NCBI GenBank assembly: GCA_964016885.1
Contig: OZ024743.1
Location: forward strand, 163,370,001-163,434,000
Direction: 5' to 3'
DNA length: 64,000 nt
Source: Eledone cirrhosa
Lineage: Eukaryota
The position numbers and the translations under genes are program-made. A model generated the notes under the pieces. It saw only the letters and a program-made list of their open reading frames with translations. It was not told the DNA's origin and did no database searches. Each line of letters starts with the position of its first letter. The first letter of the stretch is position 1. Positions 49,937 to 62,310 of this stretch are shown here, piece after piece.

Positions 49937-52269
49937 CTGGCAAAGGCAGTGGATTGTTGGCATTGTAGTTGTTTTAGTTATTTTGTTTACTTGCCACCCT
50001 ACCACAGTGTATGCAGAACCAACAGTCATTTCTATTTCATTGGGATTTTGAAAGAACATGCATTAGCATGATTGAATGTATATTTTATTTTATTTCCTTG
50101 CTTGAACTTGAATTTTTGTGCATATGGATGCATGTGCATGAGTGTATGCATATGTGCATGTGTGTTCATGTGTGCATTTGTGTGTGTGGATGGTTCAGAT
50201 GTATTAATGAATTTTATTTTAAAAATAGTTATTAAATTTACTAGAAATAGCAGCCAAATCTGCCCTATAAATATCATCTTAAAGAAAGAACAATTCTGAC
50301 AAAACAAAAAAAGAAAATACAAAACAAAGCAGGATGGTCATAAGTGGATCACCTTTGGCTGCTTGCTTGATTTGAACAACATCAACAACAATATCGCTGT
50401 GGAAAATTTAGTCTAATTCTAAAATGATTTATAAAAGAATATAATATTTAGTCTTGCTTTAAAATAATAATTGTTTTTACTTTTGGCACAAGGCCAGCAA
50501 TTATCCCAGTGTATTACTGGTACTTTATTTTATCGACCCTGTAAGGATGAAAGGCAAAGTTAACCTCGGCGGGACTTTAAAATAATAATGGTTCATGTAA
50601 ACACTATACTAAAGTTGAAGACTATACTAAACACTCTACTAAAGTTGAAGAAAATACTATACTAAAGTTGAATGAGATCCAACTACGTCAAAATCATGAT
50701 CCTTCTCTCTGGAGCAGTGGTTCTCAAACATGTATGCCACAAACAGGGATGATACTACCATTAAGGACAACTAGGCAATCATCTAGGGCACAGTTCTCAG
50801 GGAGGTATATTACTAAACCTTAACTCTTTTGATACCAACCTGGCCAAAACTGCTGCTGGTTCTAAGAAACAAAACCACCCATTTTTATGGGTTCCTATTT
50901 GAATTAAAATCTTCCAACATAATTTTATATAAAAACTATATGTTAACTTACTAAGTAATGAAATAATTATTAATTTTAGTATATCCTTCAAAATTCTTCT
51001 TTAATTAACTGAAATAAAGTGCATTTCATAAGCGATATGGTTAAAAAATGTTAAGAAATCACAGTTTTATAAAAAAAAATATATAATTTAATTAAATGTA
51101 AAATAATTTCCTGCAATCAATACGTAAATCACTAAATATCTTTGTTGTACAGCAGTGTTATGGAAATATCCAAAGTGGGGAAAGGGATCACATGGTATTG
51201 TGACTTGTAATAGGATTTGGCATAAGTGTCAACTGTGTAGTAGAAAATGCAGGCTTAGTGTGGTCAGAGCAAGCAATGTCAAAAATTAGGATTGTCAGCT
51301 TGCTGATCAGTAAGTTGAAATTATTTTATTTGTGAGATTGGGGTGCACATCTGAGAGATGAGAGTACACATTGTTGAGCTAGCCTAGACATGGTTAAGTA
51401 CTCAGTAAAATAATACAAATATATTTTTAAAATGTGTAAATTAAAAAGTTTTCATAACTATGTTCCATTTATGAAATAAAAAAGTAATTTCTTAATAATA
51501 ATCTGTAGTTTAAATTGTATATTTTATAGGTTAAAAAGTAAGAATACTTTTTTTTAAATACATTTAAAAAAATTTAACTCTCAACATATAATGATTTAGT
51601 GGGAAATATGTAAAGTTTGTTAATTCAAATGTTTATATTGTCTTTTCTGATTGACAGATCATTGTGAAAATCCACAGCATTAGAGAGTAAAGACTTTAAC
51701 ATTTAATATGTCATAGTGATGTTTTGTACTTTTCAAGAATGTTTTGCTAATGTGGTTTCATGCAGTCCAGTATGTTAAAAGTTAATGCAAAAAGTGTGAC
51801 AAATTATTATTTGCTCAAAAAAACATCACAAAAGAGCAAATTATATTTCAAAATGTGAAAATTACCAATTGATATTCGTAATTCACGAGAAAACATTTCA
51901 TATGTAAATGATAGAATTTCTAATTACCAATCTGAATTAGAAAAAAAAAAAAAATCTTCTTAAGGAATTTGAACTATATACCTACCAGGGGACTATTTAG
52001 TGTGGGGACTACTGAAGATAAAATAGCAACTTAATATATTTTTCTATTTCTAATTATAATATTTTGAGAAAGAATCAAATTATTAGAGTTATTCAAGATG
52101 GCAAATTAGCATTGCTGTTAGAATGTCTTGCAGTGTTTGTTATGTTAAAATTCCACTGAAATCAACATTGTCTTTCATCATTCTGGGATCAATAAATAAA
52201 ATTGTATTATATACATATTTTTATTATCACCAAAAAATATCCTTATTACTTTTCTGTGAATATATAATG

Positions 52270-52398
52270 CTTACAGAATGAAAATATAGACACAAATAAT
52301 AAATACAATACATAATAAATACTTCTTACAGAATGAAAATATAGACACAAATAATAAATACAATACATAATAAATACTTCTTACAGAATGAAAATATA
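52270..52398. repeat. 55-bp tandem repeat, about 2.3 copies
   Basis: CTTACAGAATGAAAATATAGACACAAATAATAAATACAATACATAATAAATACTT at 52270, 52325 and 52380. Confidence 0.9.
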
Positions 52399-52619
52399 AA
52401 GACATATAATAAAATATAATTAATTATTGCCAGGAACCTTATAAATATATAATTGTTTCTACTTTTGGCACAAGGCCAGCAATTACCCAGTTCATTACTG
52501 GTACTTTATTTTATCGATAAGGATGAAAGGTAAAGTTAACCTCGACGGGATTTGAACCCAGACCGCCTGGGTGAAAGCCAGGAATCCTGAAAGATAACAA
52601 ACAAACAAACAAACAAAAC

Positions 52620-53095
52620 AAACCATCAATTCACCATCAAGTACGTCAATTGCTCACATACCATTAATGTCAGTGGAAATTTTTGAGGCAAGCCAACACG
52701 TTCACAACATTACCATGGGTGATGGTGAGGTTAAGGCACTGAAACAACCAGGCACCCTCACAGACATCACCTGACACCTCAGTTAGGCAAGCTGCTAACG
52801 ATGAAAAGAACTTTGCTGTTAGCAGCCCAGCTCCACCAAATGTCTCAAATGTCACAGGCCAGAAAAAATAGTTATTTGAGAGTTCCCAGTATTTTAGGAT
52901 TTTATTCCATTCGGCAATGGAAGCAGTGATCCACACATTTACCGCGGCATCCATGATGTGGGAGTGAGCAAAATAGTCACTGACTGTAGTGTCCCAGATG
53001 AGATATCACAGAGACAAAGGATAAGACCATCTGGTCTCTTTTGATCAATTCTGGATAATCCAGCCAGCTCCAGAACTGAGAGGGTATTTACCCAT
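52620..53095 (-). mobile_element. CRE-clade RLE retrotransposon 3' fragment
   Basis: RIDQKRPDGL, AE..KILKY..L..NYFF.PV.FETFG..G, SGD..E..WLFQ.L...I..GN; lies between (CA)n and (AAAC)n tracts. Confidence 0.8.
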
Positions 53096-53096
53096 C

Positions 53097-53131
<35 letters not shown>

Positions 53132-53274
53132 TGGCTGCAAGTTAATGGAATCACACTAGCTTATTATTTTACACTAAAACCAGTTTTTATTGGGTGAGTT
53201 TATGTAAGTGGCCAACAATGGGAGAAGCAATGTTTCTTGCTGTCCAGTTGCTTTGTAATTATCTCTTCTATATA

Positions 53275-53377
53275 TTTTACCTTTTTCATACTATATAGAT
53301 ACATAGATGGAGATGAATAGAGAAAGATATAAATATATATACACACACACACACACACATATATACATAGATACACG

Positions 53378-53410
<33 letters not shown>

Positions 53411-53775
53411 TTGAAAAAAGAAAAAGAATGACTTCACTTGTTCTAAACAATTTAATTTTATAATATTACAATTTTACAAAAGCAAAATTGTAAAATTGTA
53501 ATATAAAATTAAATTGTGTAGAACTACAAGTGAAGTCATTCTTTTACTTTTTTCAAATATACCTAACTGTACCAAGGGTTTCACACATTTTCCAATATGT
53601 ACACACACACACACACAAACACATACATATATATAAACATTCCATATATATATGTATATATATATGTATATATATGTGTGTGTGTATGTGTATGTATATA
53701 TATGTATATATATATATATATATCTTTATCTATGTATCTCCATCTATGTATTTATATAGTGTGAAAAAGGTAAAC
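53275..53775. repeat. Nested inverted repeats (outer arms ~53275-53335 and 53720-53775; inner palindrome 53410-53560)
   Basis: AAGAATGACTTCACTTG / CAAGTGAAGTCATTCTT and TTTACCTTTTTCATACTATATAGATACATAGATGGAGA / TCTCCATCTATGTATTTATATAGTGTGAAAAAGGTAAA. Confidence 0.85.
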
Positions 53776-53874
53776 ACTCACACACATAGGTATATATCAA
53801 AGGTTAGAAACTCAAAATAGTCCCTTACAATTAAATAGCTGAAAGAAAGAGGTTTTTCTGAGCCGTGTAATATA

Positions 53875-54212
53875 TTATCATCATTTTACGTCCGTGTTTC
53901 CCTGCTTGCAAGGGTGGGACGGGAACTGATTCTGGCTTGATTTCTACAGCTGGATGCCCTTCCTAATACCAACCTCATTTACAGTGAGTGCTGGGTGCTT
54001 TCTTTTTGCCGTGGCACCTGCACGACCACTTTGCAGTGGAATGATAGGGACCCCAGTCCCTATCATCTCATTTCTACAGCTGAGTAAACTGGAGCAATGT
54101 GAAATAAAGTGTCTTGCTCAAGGAAACAACACATCACCCGGTCTGAGAATTGAACTCACAACTTTTCGATTGCAAGGCCAATACTCTAACCATTAAGCCA
54201 TGTGCCTCCATA
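53875..54212 (-). mobile_element. tRNA/CORE-like SINE with an RTE-derived 3' tail
   Basis: Near-identical to 40295-40625. Confidence 0.85.
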
Positions 54213-54299
54213 TAATTGAATATAAAAGAGAGATAAACACAGATATAAACATACATGTGTTCAAATCGTAAGGAACCAAGATCGCTAGGGTGAAAAGGA

Positions 54300-55040
54300 T
54301 ACTAACTATTAATATGGTTTGCCAGACTCAATTTAAAACAATAAATCAAGAAAAGGAATACAAACCTATATTGGGCAACTGCCGTAACACCCAGACAGCT
54401 TATGGTAGGCTGTTTTGCAATTTTAGCGAAGGAAATTACCAATTCTTTGCTCTTCAGTGAGTGTAAAAATTAGTAATCCCTTCACTTCTAAGTATCTTAG
54501 AAGACTAAATAGTGTGCAAATATAAAATAACGCACATGGCATCAGAACCTAGTGTGTCTCATAAACGTACGCTACTAAAAATATCACCAACAACCCCAAA
54601 AGCTTTCCCCAGCCCCGATTCTCTTGCAGAAACCAGAATAATGCCTTCTTCAACAACAGTGTAACACACCCACAGTCGTCTATGAGGCTGAAGTTACATC
54701 CAATCAACTAAATCAACAGCAGGAGGTCAAAACATGTCTTGGTATGTCAGGGGGCTGGTTTAAAGAATGCTTCCTTAACCATCAGATAACCTTTAGACAC
54801 TCTGATAAGTGATCGTCCACAAAGCTGGCAAGCCATGTATGGTCACTGAAGGATGCAGACGTGAATTTTCCCATTCAATAGAAAGTTCTCACCAAACCAA
54901 GGCCATACGGAAATGGAGCAGTGTCTTGTAAACTATGCATTGATGAAAGAGTGAATATCTTGCAGAGGTGACATAACAGTACTTGCCTTAACAGGAGAGC
55001 TGATTTTTTTAATTGCTGCCCCCATGCTGCGAAGTTTCTG
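54300..55040 (+). mobile_element. Decayed Penelope GIY-YIG region
   Basis: VVYEAEV, FKECF.NHQ.TFRH, ST.LASHVWSLK, CKLCIDE, LNRR-like motifs with stops. Confidence 0.7.
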
Positions 55041-55279
55041 TTACAGGAAGGTAAAAAAATAACCAGAAGTTTAACCTGGACTGTCCTACCAAAAGCGATT
55101 ATTCTTCAAACGTTGTCCTCTACAGTAGTTTAATTGAGTTTTCTCCCCTAAATATCAACATCTGCCACGCAGAATCCAGCCAGCTCATATATACTTCTGT
55201 TCTCACTATAACCATACACAAGTTGAAGAATCCATTGGGTGAAACACATGTCTTCAACTATGTTTGTTAAGTTGTTGTT

Positions 55280-55399
<120 letters not shown>

Positions 55400-55424
55400 T
55401 TCTCTCTCTCATATATATATATAT

Positions 55425-56258
55425 AAGAAACAAGTCACAGGAAACAAGCACCACCAAACTCTTGGAGGGCTCTGTAGAAACAGTAGACAGCTTCTGCTAC
55501 CCAGGTGACCGAATTAGCAGCGGAGGTGGGTGTTCGGAAAGTACAATAACTAGGGTAGGAACGGAATGGAAGAAGTTCAGGGAGCTACTGCCACTGCTAG
55601 CTGCAAAAGGCTTTCCCCTCAAAAAGAAAGGCAGACTGTATAATGCATGTATACGAACAGCAATGTTACATGGTAGTGAGATCTGGGCGCTGTAAGTGAA
55701 AGACTTGCGTAGATTAGAAAGAAACGAAGCCTGCATGCTCCGATGGATGTGGTGCAGGAGGCGGTTGCATTGGTATGGACATGTGATGCGTATGAAGGAT
55801 GACAGCTGCATAAAAAGGTGCAGAGCACTAGAAGTCGATGGAAACGGCAGAGTGGGGTGACCCAAGAAAACCTGGGATGAGGTGATAAAAGCCGACCTTA
55901 CTCAATTACACCTCTCAAAGGCGATGACACACGATCGTGACCTCTGGCGTCACGCAGTAATACAGAAGACCCGACCCCCCACGGGTACAAGCCGAAGCTG
56001 AAGCATATAGACAATATGCCCCCACACCCTCCCACTGCAAAGTGGTCGTGGAGGTGCCACGGCAAAAAAGCACCCAGCACTCACTGTAAATGAGGTTGGT
56101 GTTAGGAAGGGCATCCAGCTGTAGAAATCAAGCCAGAATCAGTTCCCATATGAGCAAGGCTTGGTCAGCCGACCGGACACTGCCCACAACAAGACAACCC
56201 GTCTAACCCATGCTAGTGTGGAAGAACAGACGTAAAACGGTGATGATGATGATGATGA
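55425..56258 (+). mobile_element. RTE LINE 3' fragment with (GAT)n tail
   Basis: ETVDSFCY.GD.ISSGGGCSES, GRLY.ACIRTAMLHGSE.W; colinear with 9030-9920. Confidence 0.92.
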
Positions 56259-56616
56259 TATATAATTATCACCTTGTACATTTACCCTGCCTCATTTGCT
56301 TGCTTCATTTGCTCACTCATATTCAACATTTGATAATGCCAATCTTCTTGGTACGTGTTTTTGGTTAAATTCAATCCCTTTTGAGAATCCTGATAATATG
56401 CAGGCATTTTGTGTATTGTGTAAATAATTATTAATTAGTTTTAACTGATTGATTCATTGTTTGCATATGCATGAAAACTTATCAGCTGTATAGAAACGAT
56501 CCTAGATGTTAAAGATGGATTTAATTTTAAATCGTTGATTCTCTTCATTTAAAAAAATATATATGTATATGGGTAGATCACACTAAAAAGAAAAAAAATA
56601 ATATATATATATATAT

Positions 56617-57234
56617 GGAATTAGGATTGGTGCTCTGAAATAGCGATGTATACATGAATGTATGTATAGTATATTTGGCAATATAACGTATGTTTAATTA
56701 AACACATTTAGAAGACCATTCACTATAAGTTTTAAAGTAGTGACTACGTCACTTACTTATTTTCGGCGAAAGAAGGGAGAGAAGCTGCAGTCTGTTTCAC
56801 GCTGGATGGCGTTCATCAGAACCATGATTCCGCCGAAAATTATAGACGCTGGATTCTTATAGAATTCCAGTAATAATCAGGAGCTGATTATACAGAGCGA
56901 TTACTGGTCCAGCTTATATATACACCATGTATTTCAGAGCACCAATCCTAATTCCTAATTTTTGTTGGACCAGCAATCGCTCTGTATAATCAGCTCCTGA
57001 TTATTACTGAAATTCTCTAAGAATCCAGCTTCTATAATTTTCGGCGGAAGTAGGGGGATGCGTGGTTCTGATGAACGCTGACCAGCGTGAAACAGACTGT
57101 CAGCCTCTCTCCCCTCTTTCGCCGAAAATAAGTAAGTGACATAGTCACTACTTTAAAACTGATAGCGAATGGTCTTCTAAATGTTTTTAATTAAACATAC
57201 GGTATATTGCCAAATATACTATACATACATTCAT
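56617..57234. repeat. Nested inverted repeat (arms 56654-56912 and 56965-57234; 26-bp IR at 56617-56642 and 56930-56955); Penelope pseudo-LTR-like
   Basis: Direct reverse-complement matches; each arm carries a hammerhead motif. Confidence 0.9.
57064..57105 (+). ncRNA. Type I minimal hammerhead ribozyme
   Basis: GGTT-CTGATGA-ACGCT(GACC)AGCGT-GAAAC-AGACT-GTC^AGCC: all core nucleotides present, 5-bp stem II, stem I GGTT/AGCC (extendable by AGGGG../..CCCCT), short quasi-palindromic stem III. Confidence 0.8.
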
Positions 57235-57419
57235 ATATATATATATATATAAATATAGTGAAAAAAGTGTGAACGTTAGAAAACGTTCTATACAAATCAC
57301 GTTATATAAGGAAAATGATAATAAAAAAAAGGGGTTCGAAAAGCGCACCTGGTATATATATATAAAAAAAAGGATCTTTATAACATGTACCAAAAATTGA
57401 TATTAGTGAAGCTTGCTTT

Positions 57420-58980
57420 CTCCATTCTAGGTTTTCAAAACATTTCTTATCAGGTTAAATTCCTGCATGCTGGTTTCTGATTACATGGTTTGTGTCACTT
57501 CTGTCCTTGCTAAAGTAAGGGATACAACTTTTTTTTTTGTTGTCGATTGTATATCATTTTTTTAAAATCCATGACAAGGGGGCATAACTCTACATTCCTT
57601 TAGTGTTGAAAAAGATTATTATGTTGTGAATTTAAACTTGGTTTGAATTTTCTGATAAACATTTTGTCTTTATTAATTCTATTTTGTTCTATGATTTCAT
57701 AATTACATTGGTATAATGGGAAAACATCAAAGTTTGATAGCGTTTTTCCTCTGCATTCTTCTATATGTTTGCTTAGAGGGATCTTTCTAGTATTAGGCGT
57801 TCTGATTTGCTGCCTATGAATTTGAAGAAGAATTTAAAAAAGAATACAATGAAAAAAATCCCCCATATTGGCACCACCCACACAACACAACCCCAATATT
57901 CAAGTTATCAAAGAAAATCACAATATAGATTAGATTTAGACAGAAATTTTGAAGAAAGTATAAATCAGATTTCCAAGACAACCTTCACCATTTCAACTCA
58001 AAAATAGACCAACAAGGAGTAATAACAGACCACACACCTGGATGTACCTTAACAATCCCAGACAAAATTTGAATAATCCCATGGAAAATACATATAAAGA
58101 CAGAACAATAAACAGAAATCCAAACTTCAGAGAGAATAAACCCAACACAGGGATCTATCTACTGAAATAATCTCAGACTGAACCGAAACCAACACACAAC
58201 ACATAAGTTTAAGGAACAGAATAATGAATACAATAGGTTAATACACAACAATTACAAAAAATACTACACACAAAATAATAACAGGAGGGATAATATAGAA
58301 GATCCGTCCCTAATGACCGTTTTTTTAGAGATGAACCAGAGGTACAGAGACACGAGATGGCCCAAAGTCTTATAGATAATCAACCTCTCACAAAAGTCAC
58401 TAACACCCACACAAATAGATATCCCAAACAAAGAATTAAAATTTACACCAACACCTCAAACATCAAATATAGCAGAAATTAAAGTTATATTTCGGACTTC
58501 TGTAGAAGAGTCAGACTAACGAAACAACTATTTTTTAAAGAATATAGTGACAAATCACTAGTAAAATACAAAAAAAGAATTCCAATCCCCAAGAGGTAGA
58601 AATGCAGCCCTGGATGAATTCTGTGACCAAATCTCAAACTTCCTAATTGATAACCTGAAAATGCCACAAAGTCAAACTTCAGCAGACAATAATGGAAACA
58701 ACTAAACTACATATAACTGGATAGAAATATTGTTATAAAAAAAGATGATAAAGGAGACACAGTGGTCATTATGGACACAAACCATTACCCAAACATACAG
58801 AACATGCTACGAGACAACACATAGCCAAGGAATACAAACGTCATAAGGTGATGAAACAACTCACTGGTTTACTACACTCATACCGAACCTGTCTAGCAGT
58901 CAAGGAATTTGACTATCTCACAAATGTTAGAAGTAAAACAAGCAATCATTATGGACTGACTAAAGAGCACAAACACAAAC
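57420..58980. mobile_element. Penelope-like remnant: inverted GIY-YIG C-terminus (-, 57620-57810) abutting an N-terminal/RT start (+)
   Basis: Minus: RKIPLSKHIEEC..FDVFPLYQC..FIRKFKPSLN. Plus: RNIVIKKDDKGDTVVIMDT..Y. Confidence 0.7.
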
Positions 58981-59094
58981 TAATTAATTGTTTCTACTTT
59001 AGGCACAAGGCCAGCAATTACCGAGTACATTACTGGTACTTTATTTTATCGACCCCATAAATATATATATGTAGGGGGGTGCGGGGGGGTATGT

Positions 59095-59662
59095 ATACAT
59101 GCATCCTGGCAAACAATGGTGACATGGAATTCAATGTCAACTGTCGGATCAGCAAAGGAGCTGCAGTTTTTCAGCGGATTCACCATGTTTGGTCATCTTC
59201 ATGCATCAGCACCAGGATCAAGCTGTGCCTGTACGAGAGTGAAACCTGGAAAAGCACGGCAAAAATAGAGAGATGGTTGAATGCATTCTACCAGCTGTAC
59301 CTGTGAATGATACTTCGTATATCCTGGTGCAACTGAGTGAGAACTGAGAAAATCCTGCGGAGAGCCGAGTCGTGGACACTATGGAGGATGGTCGTGGAGC
59401 AGTGGTGCTGCCTGGCTGGCCATATTCTGCGCCTGCCCGGCAAACAACAGTCGAAAACAGCGATGAACTGGACTCCACCTGGTGGCAAATGGAAGTGGGG
59501 TTGCCCCAGGATCATCTAACTACGAATGTTCCAAAAAGACCTGATGGCACCCAACATCACTTGGCACAGATGCGAAAAAGCTGCGGCTGATCGTGATTGT
59601 TGTTGACTACTTACTACTCGATTCACCAAAAGGCACAGAAGAACCTAAAACTAAGACTAAGA
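59095..59662 (+). mobile_element. 3' fragment of another RTE-type LINE, ending about 10 bp from the exon donor at 59672
   Basis: CRISKGAAVFQ, ESETWK, LAGHILRLP, MNWTPPGGK..GCPR; (CTAAGA)n-like tail. Confidence 0.75.
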
Positions 59663-59672
59663 TATAACTTAC

Positions 59673-59734
59673 CGTGACTGTCTCAATTGTTTCTTCTGTT
59701 AAATTTGTAAGTGTTGTAGTATTGAATTCATCAT
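59673..59734 (-). CDS. Host gene, first exon visible in window (phase 1->0): (D)DEFNTTTLTNLTEETIETVT, acidic Thr-rich with N-glycosylation sequons
   Basis: Minus strand tttttctattttcaag|ATGATGAATTC...GTCACG|gtaagt; 62 nt open. Its phase-0 end joins the exon at 45046. Confidence 0.8.
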
Positions 59735-62009
59735 CTTGAAAATAGAAAAATAAATTCATAAATAAAGAGATGCTCTCTTACATTGCCTCTCTGTTTCTCT
59801 TTCACACACACACACACACACACATATATAAATATCATCATCATTATGTGATGTCTGCTTTTCTTGCTAGCAAGGATTGAACGAGTCTTCATAGACAAAG
59901 AGAGTACTGAAATGGGGCTACTGACCTACCAGACAGGCCAGGAGTTTGCATCTTACACCAGCACAAGAGAGGTTATCATGTTTTTGACACAAGTGAATGT
60001 TCCTTCCAACCATTTGTCTGGCAAGCTTTCTATTGTTGAATGCCCTTCCTATTACCAACCACTTTACAGCATGTACAGGGTGCATTTATTGTGTAGATCA
60101 CCAACACTAGAGAGGTTATTGGTCCTTGTCTCAATGGAAAAGCCCACTCTGCTCTGTGGGGGTTGGGTGGAAGTGATAAGAGAAGGGAGATAAGTATAAG
60201 TGTAATTTGACAGAGTGATTAGTGGGGAAGGGGATATGGTGGAGAAAACACCTAAGTAGAGATAGTTTTGGTGGGGTGAGCATGGATGGTGAGGTTGATA
60301 GTGTGGGGTGAGGGGGATGGCACTCATCAGTGCTGGGAAAGTTAGATGTAGTGATGGAGAGAAAAGGTAAGGAGTGATAGTGGAGGGGGAATGAGTGGGG
60401 TGAATAGAGGTAGAGAGAGTAGCTACTAAGGTATATGTGTATATGTATATCACACTACCACTATACATAGAAACCAAAGGATATGAACCAGTATCCAAAT
60501 ACATATTTCAATTCAACCCATAGCCTCTGGTCAACCTAAGTATTGTGAGAAAGATTGGGTAAACAGAAGCCATTGGATGTTTTAGCATGATAAACCTAAT
60601 CTGTCACCCATTTTCTCACTGCCACATGGCCTATGGATGCCTTCAGTGGAGTCCCCTCTGTTGCAAGCATTCTAACCAGTTCTCCAGTTTGGAAATAAAC
60701 TATGAGTTGTGGTTTCTTTCCTCATCTTCTTTCTAACAGTTATGGAAGCCCTACAAAAATATCATAGGTGTTACTCTTTCTTCTTTGATTAAGTTTACAC
60801 ACCTCTGAAATCTGCATTATCTATAGTGTTGAAATATTTTGTTCCCCTATATTTTGTACTAATTCGTATATCCCACCTACACTCATATGCATATTCATTT
60901 TCATAAAAACAAAAAAGCAGCCTCTCAGCTGTATTGGAGATTAGCATTATAACTGGTGAAAATCACGTGACCCACACTCCCTCCATCTCATCTCACTTTT
61001 GGCCCATTTCTTTTCTACCGCAATGTATAATGGCCCTTTTGAGTCCTTGAGTTTGAGAGCCCTGGTTTAGAGGGAGATTAGACTGTTATTTATAGCTAGT
61101 TGAAAGTCTGCATAGACATTTCCTCAGTGACTTCAGTAAGCAATATGTTACTGTTTAACTACAGGTAAACTTTAATTGAATCGACATATGATCAAAGTCA
61201 TTCTAGACATTGCTACCTTGTCTTTTTAGGGCTACATTACTGACTGTGCCCTTTCCTTCCTTAAAGATGTGTACAGTAGGTTGTGATTCAAAGTAGATTT
61301 CGCTGCTATTTTTAGTATGTCTAGTAAAGTTGTAGAAATCTAAATGAGTTATCTATTAGAGAGAAAAGGTCATATGTATTATATCAGATTAGCCTCCTCC
61401 TACCCCACCACCACCAAAAGTGTTAAGGAATCATTTTGGTTCCCTCCAGCCATATACAGGTACCCACACAAGAGCAAACATGTACCAACAATTCACAATG
61501 TGGAATAGTAAGGAATTCTGCACTGTGAATTGTTTCTATTTTACCATTTTCTGAAGAACACCATCACTAGTTTCCTTCATTTCTGCATTTTCAATTTGAA
61601 ATTGCACACATACATGCATTCATACACTCACACTTACAAATATATATATATATATGAATACATACCTATATATATATGAGAAAGAAGCTTCATCAAATTT
61701 TATTACTATAGAAAAATAGCTTAGATAATAGGGAATAGAAGCCCTCTTTACGGGAAAAATGGACATCGCAGCCTGCAGGACTTAAACCCACACCTTCATG
61801 CTTTCTGGGCATAAATGCTACTATTGCACCAAAGTGCCAGTCACATTTTCTTTCACCCCAACTCTTGAAGGTCCTGAAAAGTATTATAAGGGATTCCCCT
61901 TATAATTTAATTAAGCCATTAAAAAAAAGGTAGATCCTCCACATCTTCATACACCCAGGTCACAACAAAGTTTGGAGTTGGTAGTCTAGTTGGCATGAGC
62001 CTTCAATTT

Positions 62010-62310
62010 TGTGAGCAGTGCATTTGGCACACTGTACAAACGTGTTTGGAACAATAAACACTTGAAGAATGGAACCAAGATCAGAGTGTACAGAGCCATA
62101 GTCCTTACTACCCTCCTCTATGATTCAGAGTCGTGGGTCACTTATTGCCCCTACCTTTGACTCTTCAAGCACTTCCACCAGTGCTGCCTCTGCACCATTC
62201 TCAACATTCACTGGAGAGACTTTGTCACCAATGTTGATGTCCTTGAATGGGCAGAAGTCACCAGCATCGATGCCATGCTGCTGAAGTCCCAACTACACTG
62301 AGTAGGGCAC
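62010..62310 (+). mobile_element. BovB/RTE-type fragment
   Basis: TKIRVYRAIVLTTLLYDSESWVTY...HFHQCCL.TILNIHW.DFVTNVDVLE. Confidence 0.75.

Noticed and set aside
50830-50861. Possible mini-exon on minus (ttttgtttcttag|AACCAGCAGCAGTTTTGGCCAG|gttggt)
   Set aside because: Weak donor, and its phase 0->1 does not fit the 0->0 junction between the exons at 59673 and 45046.
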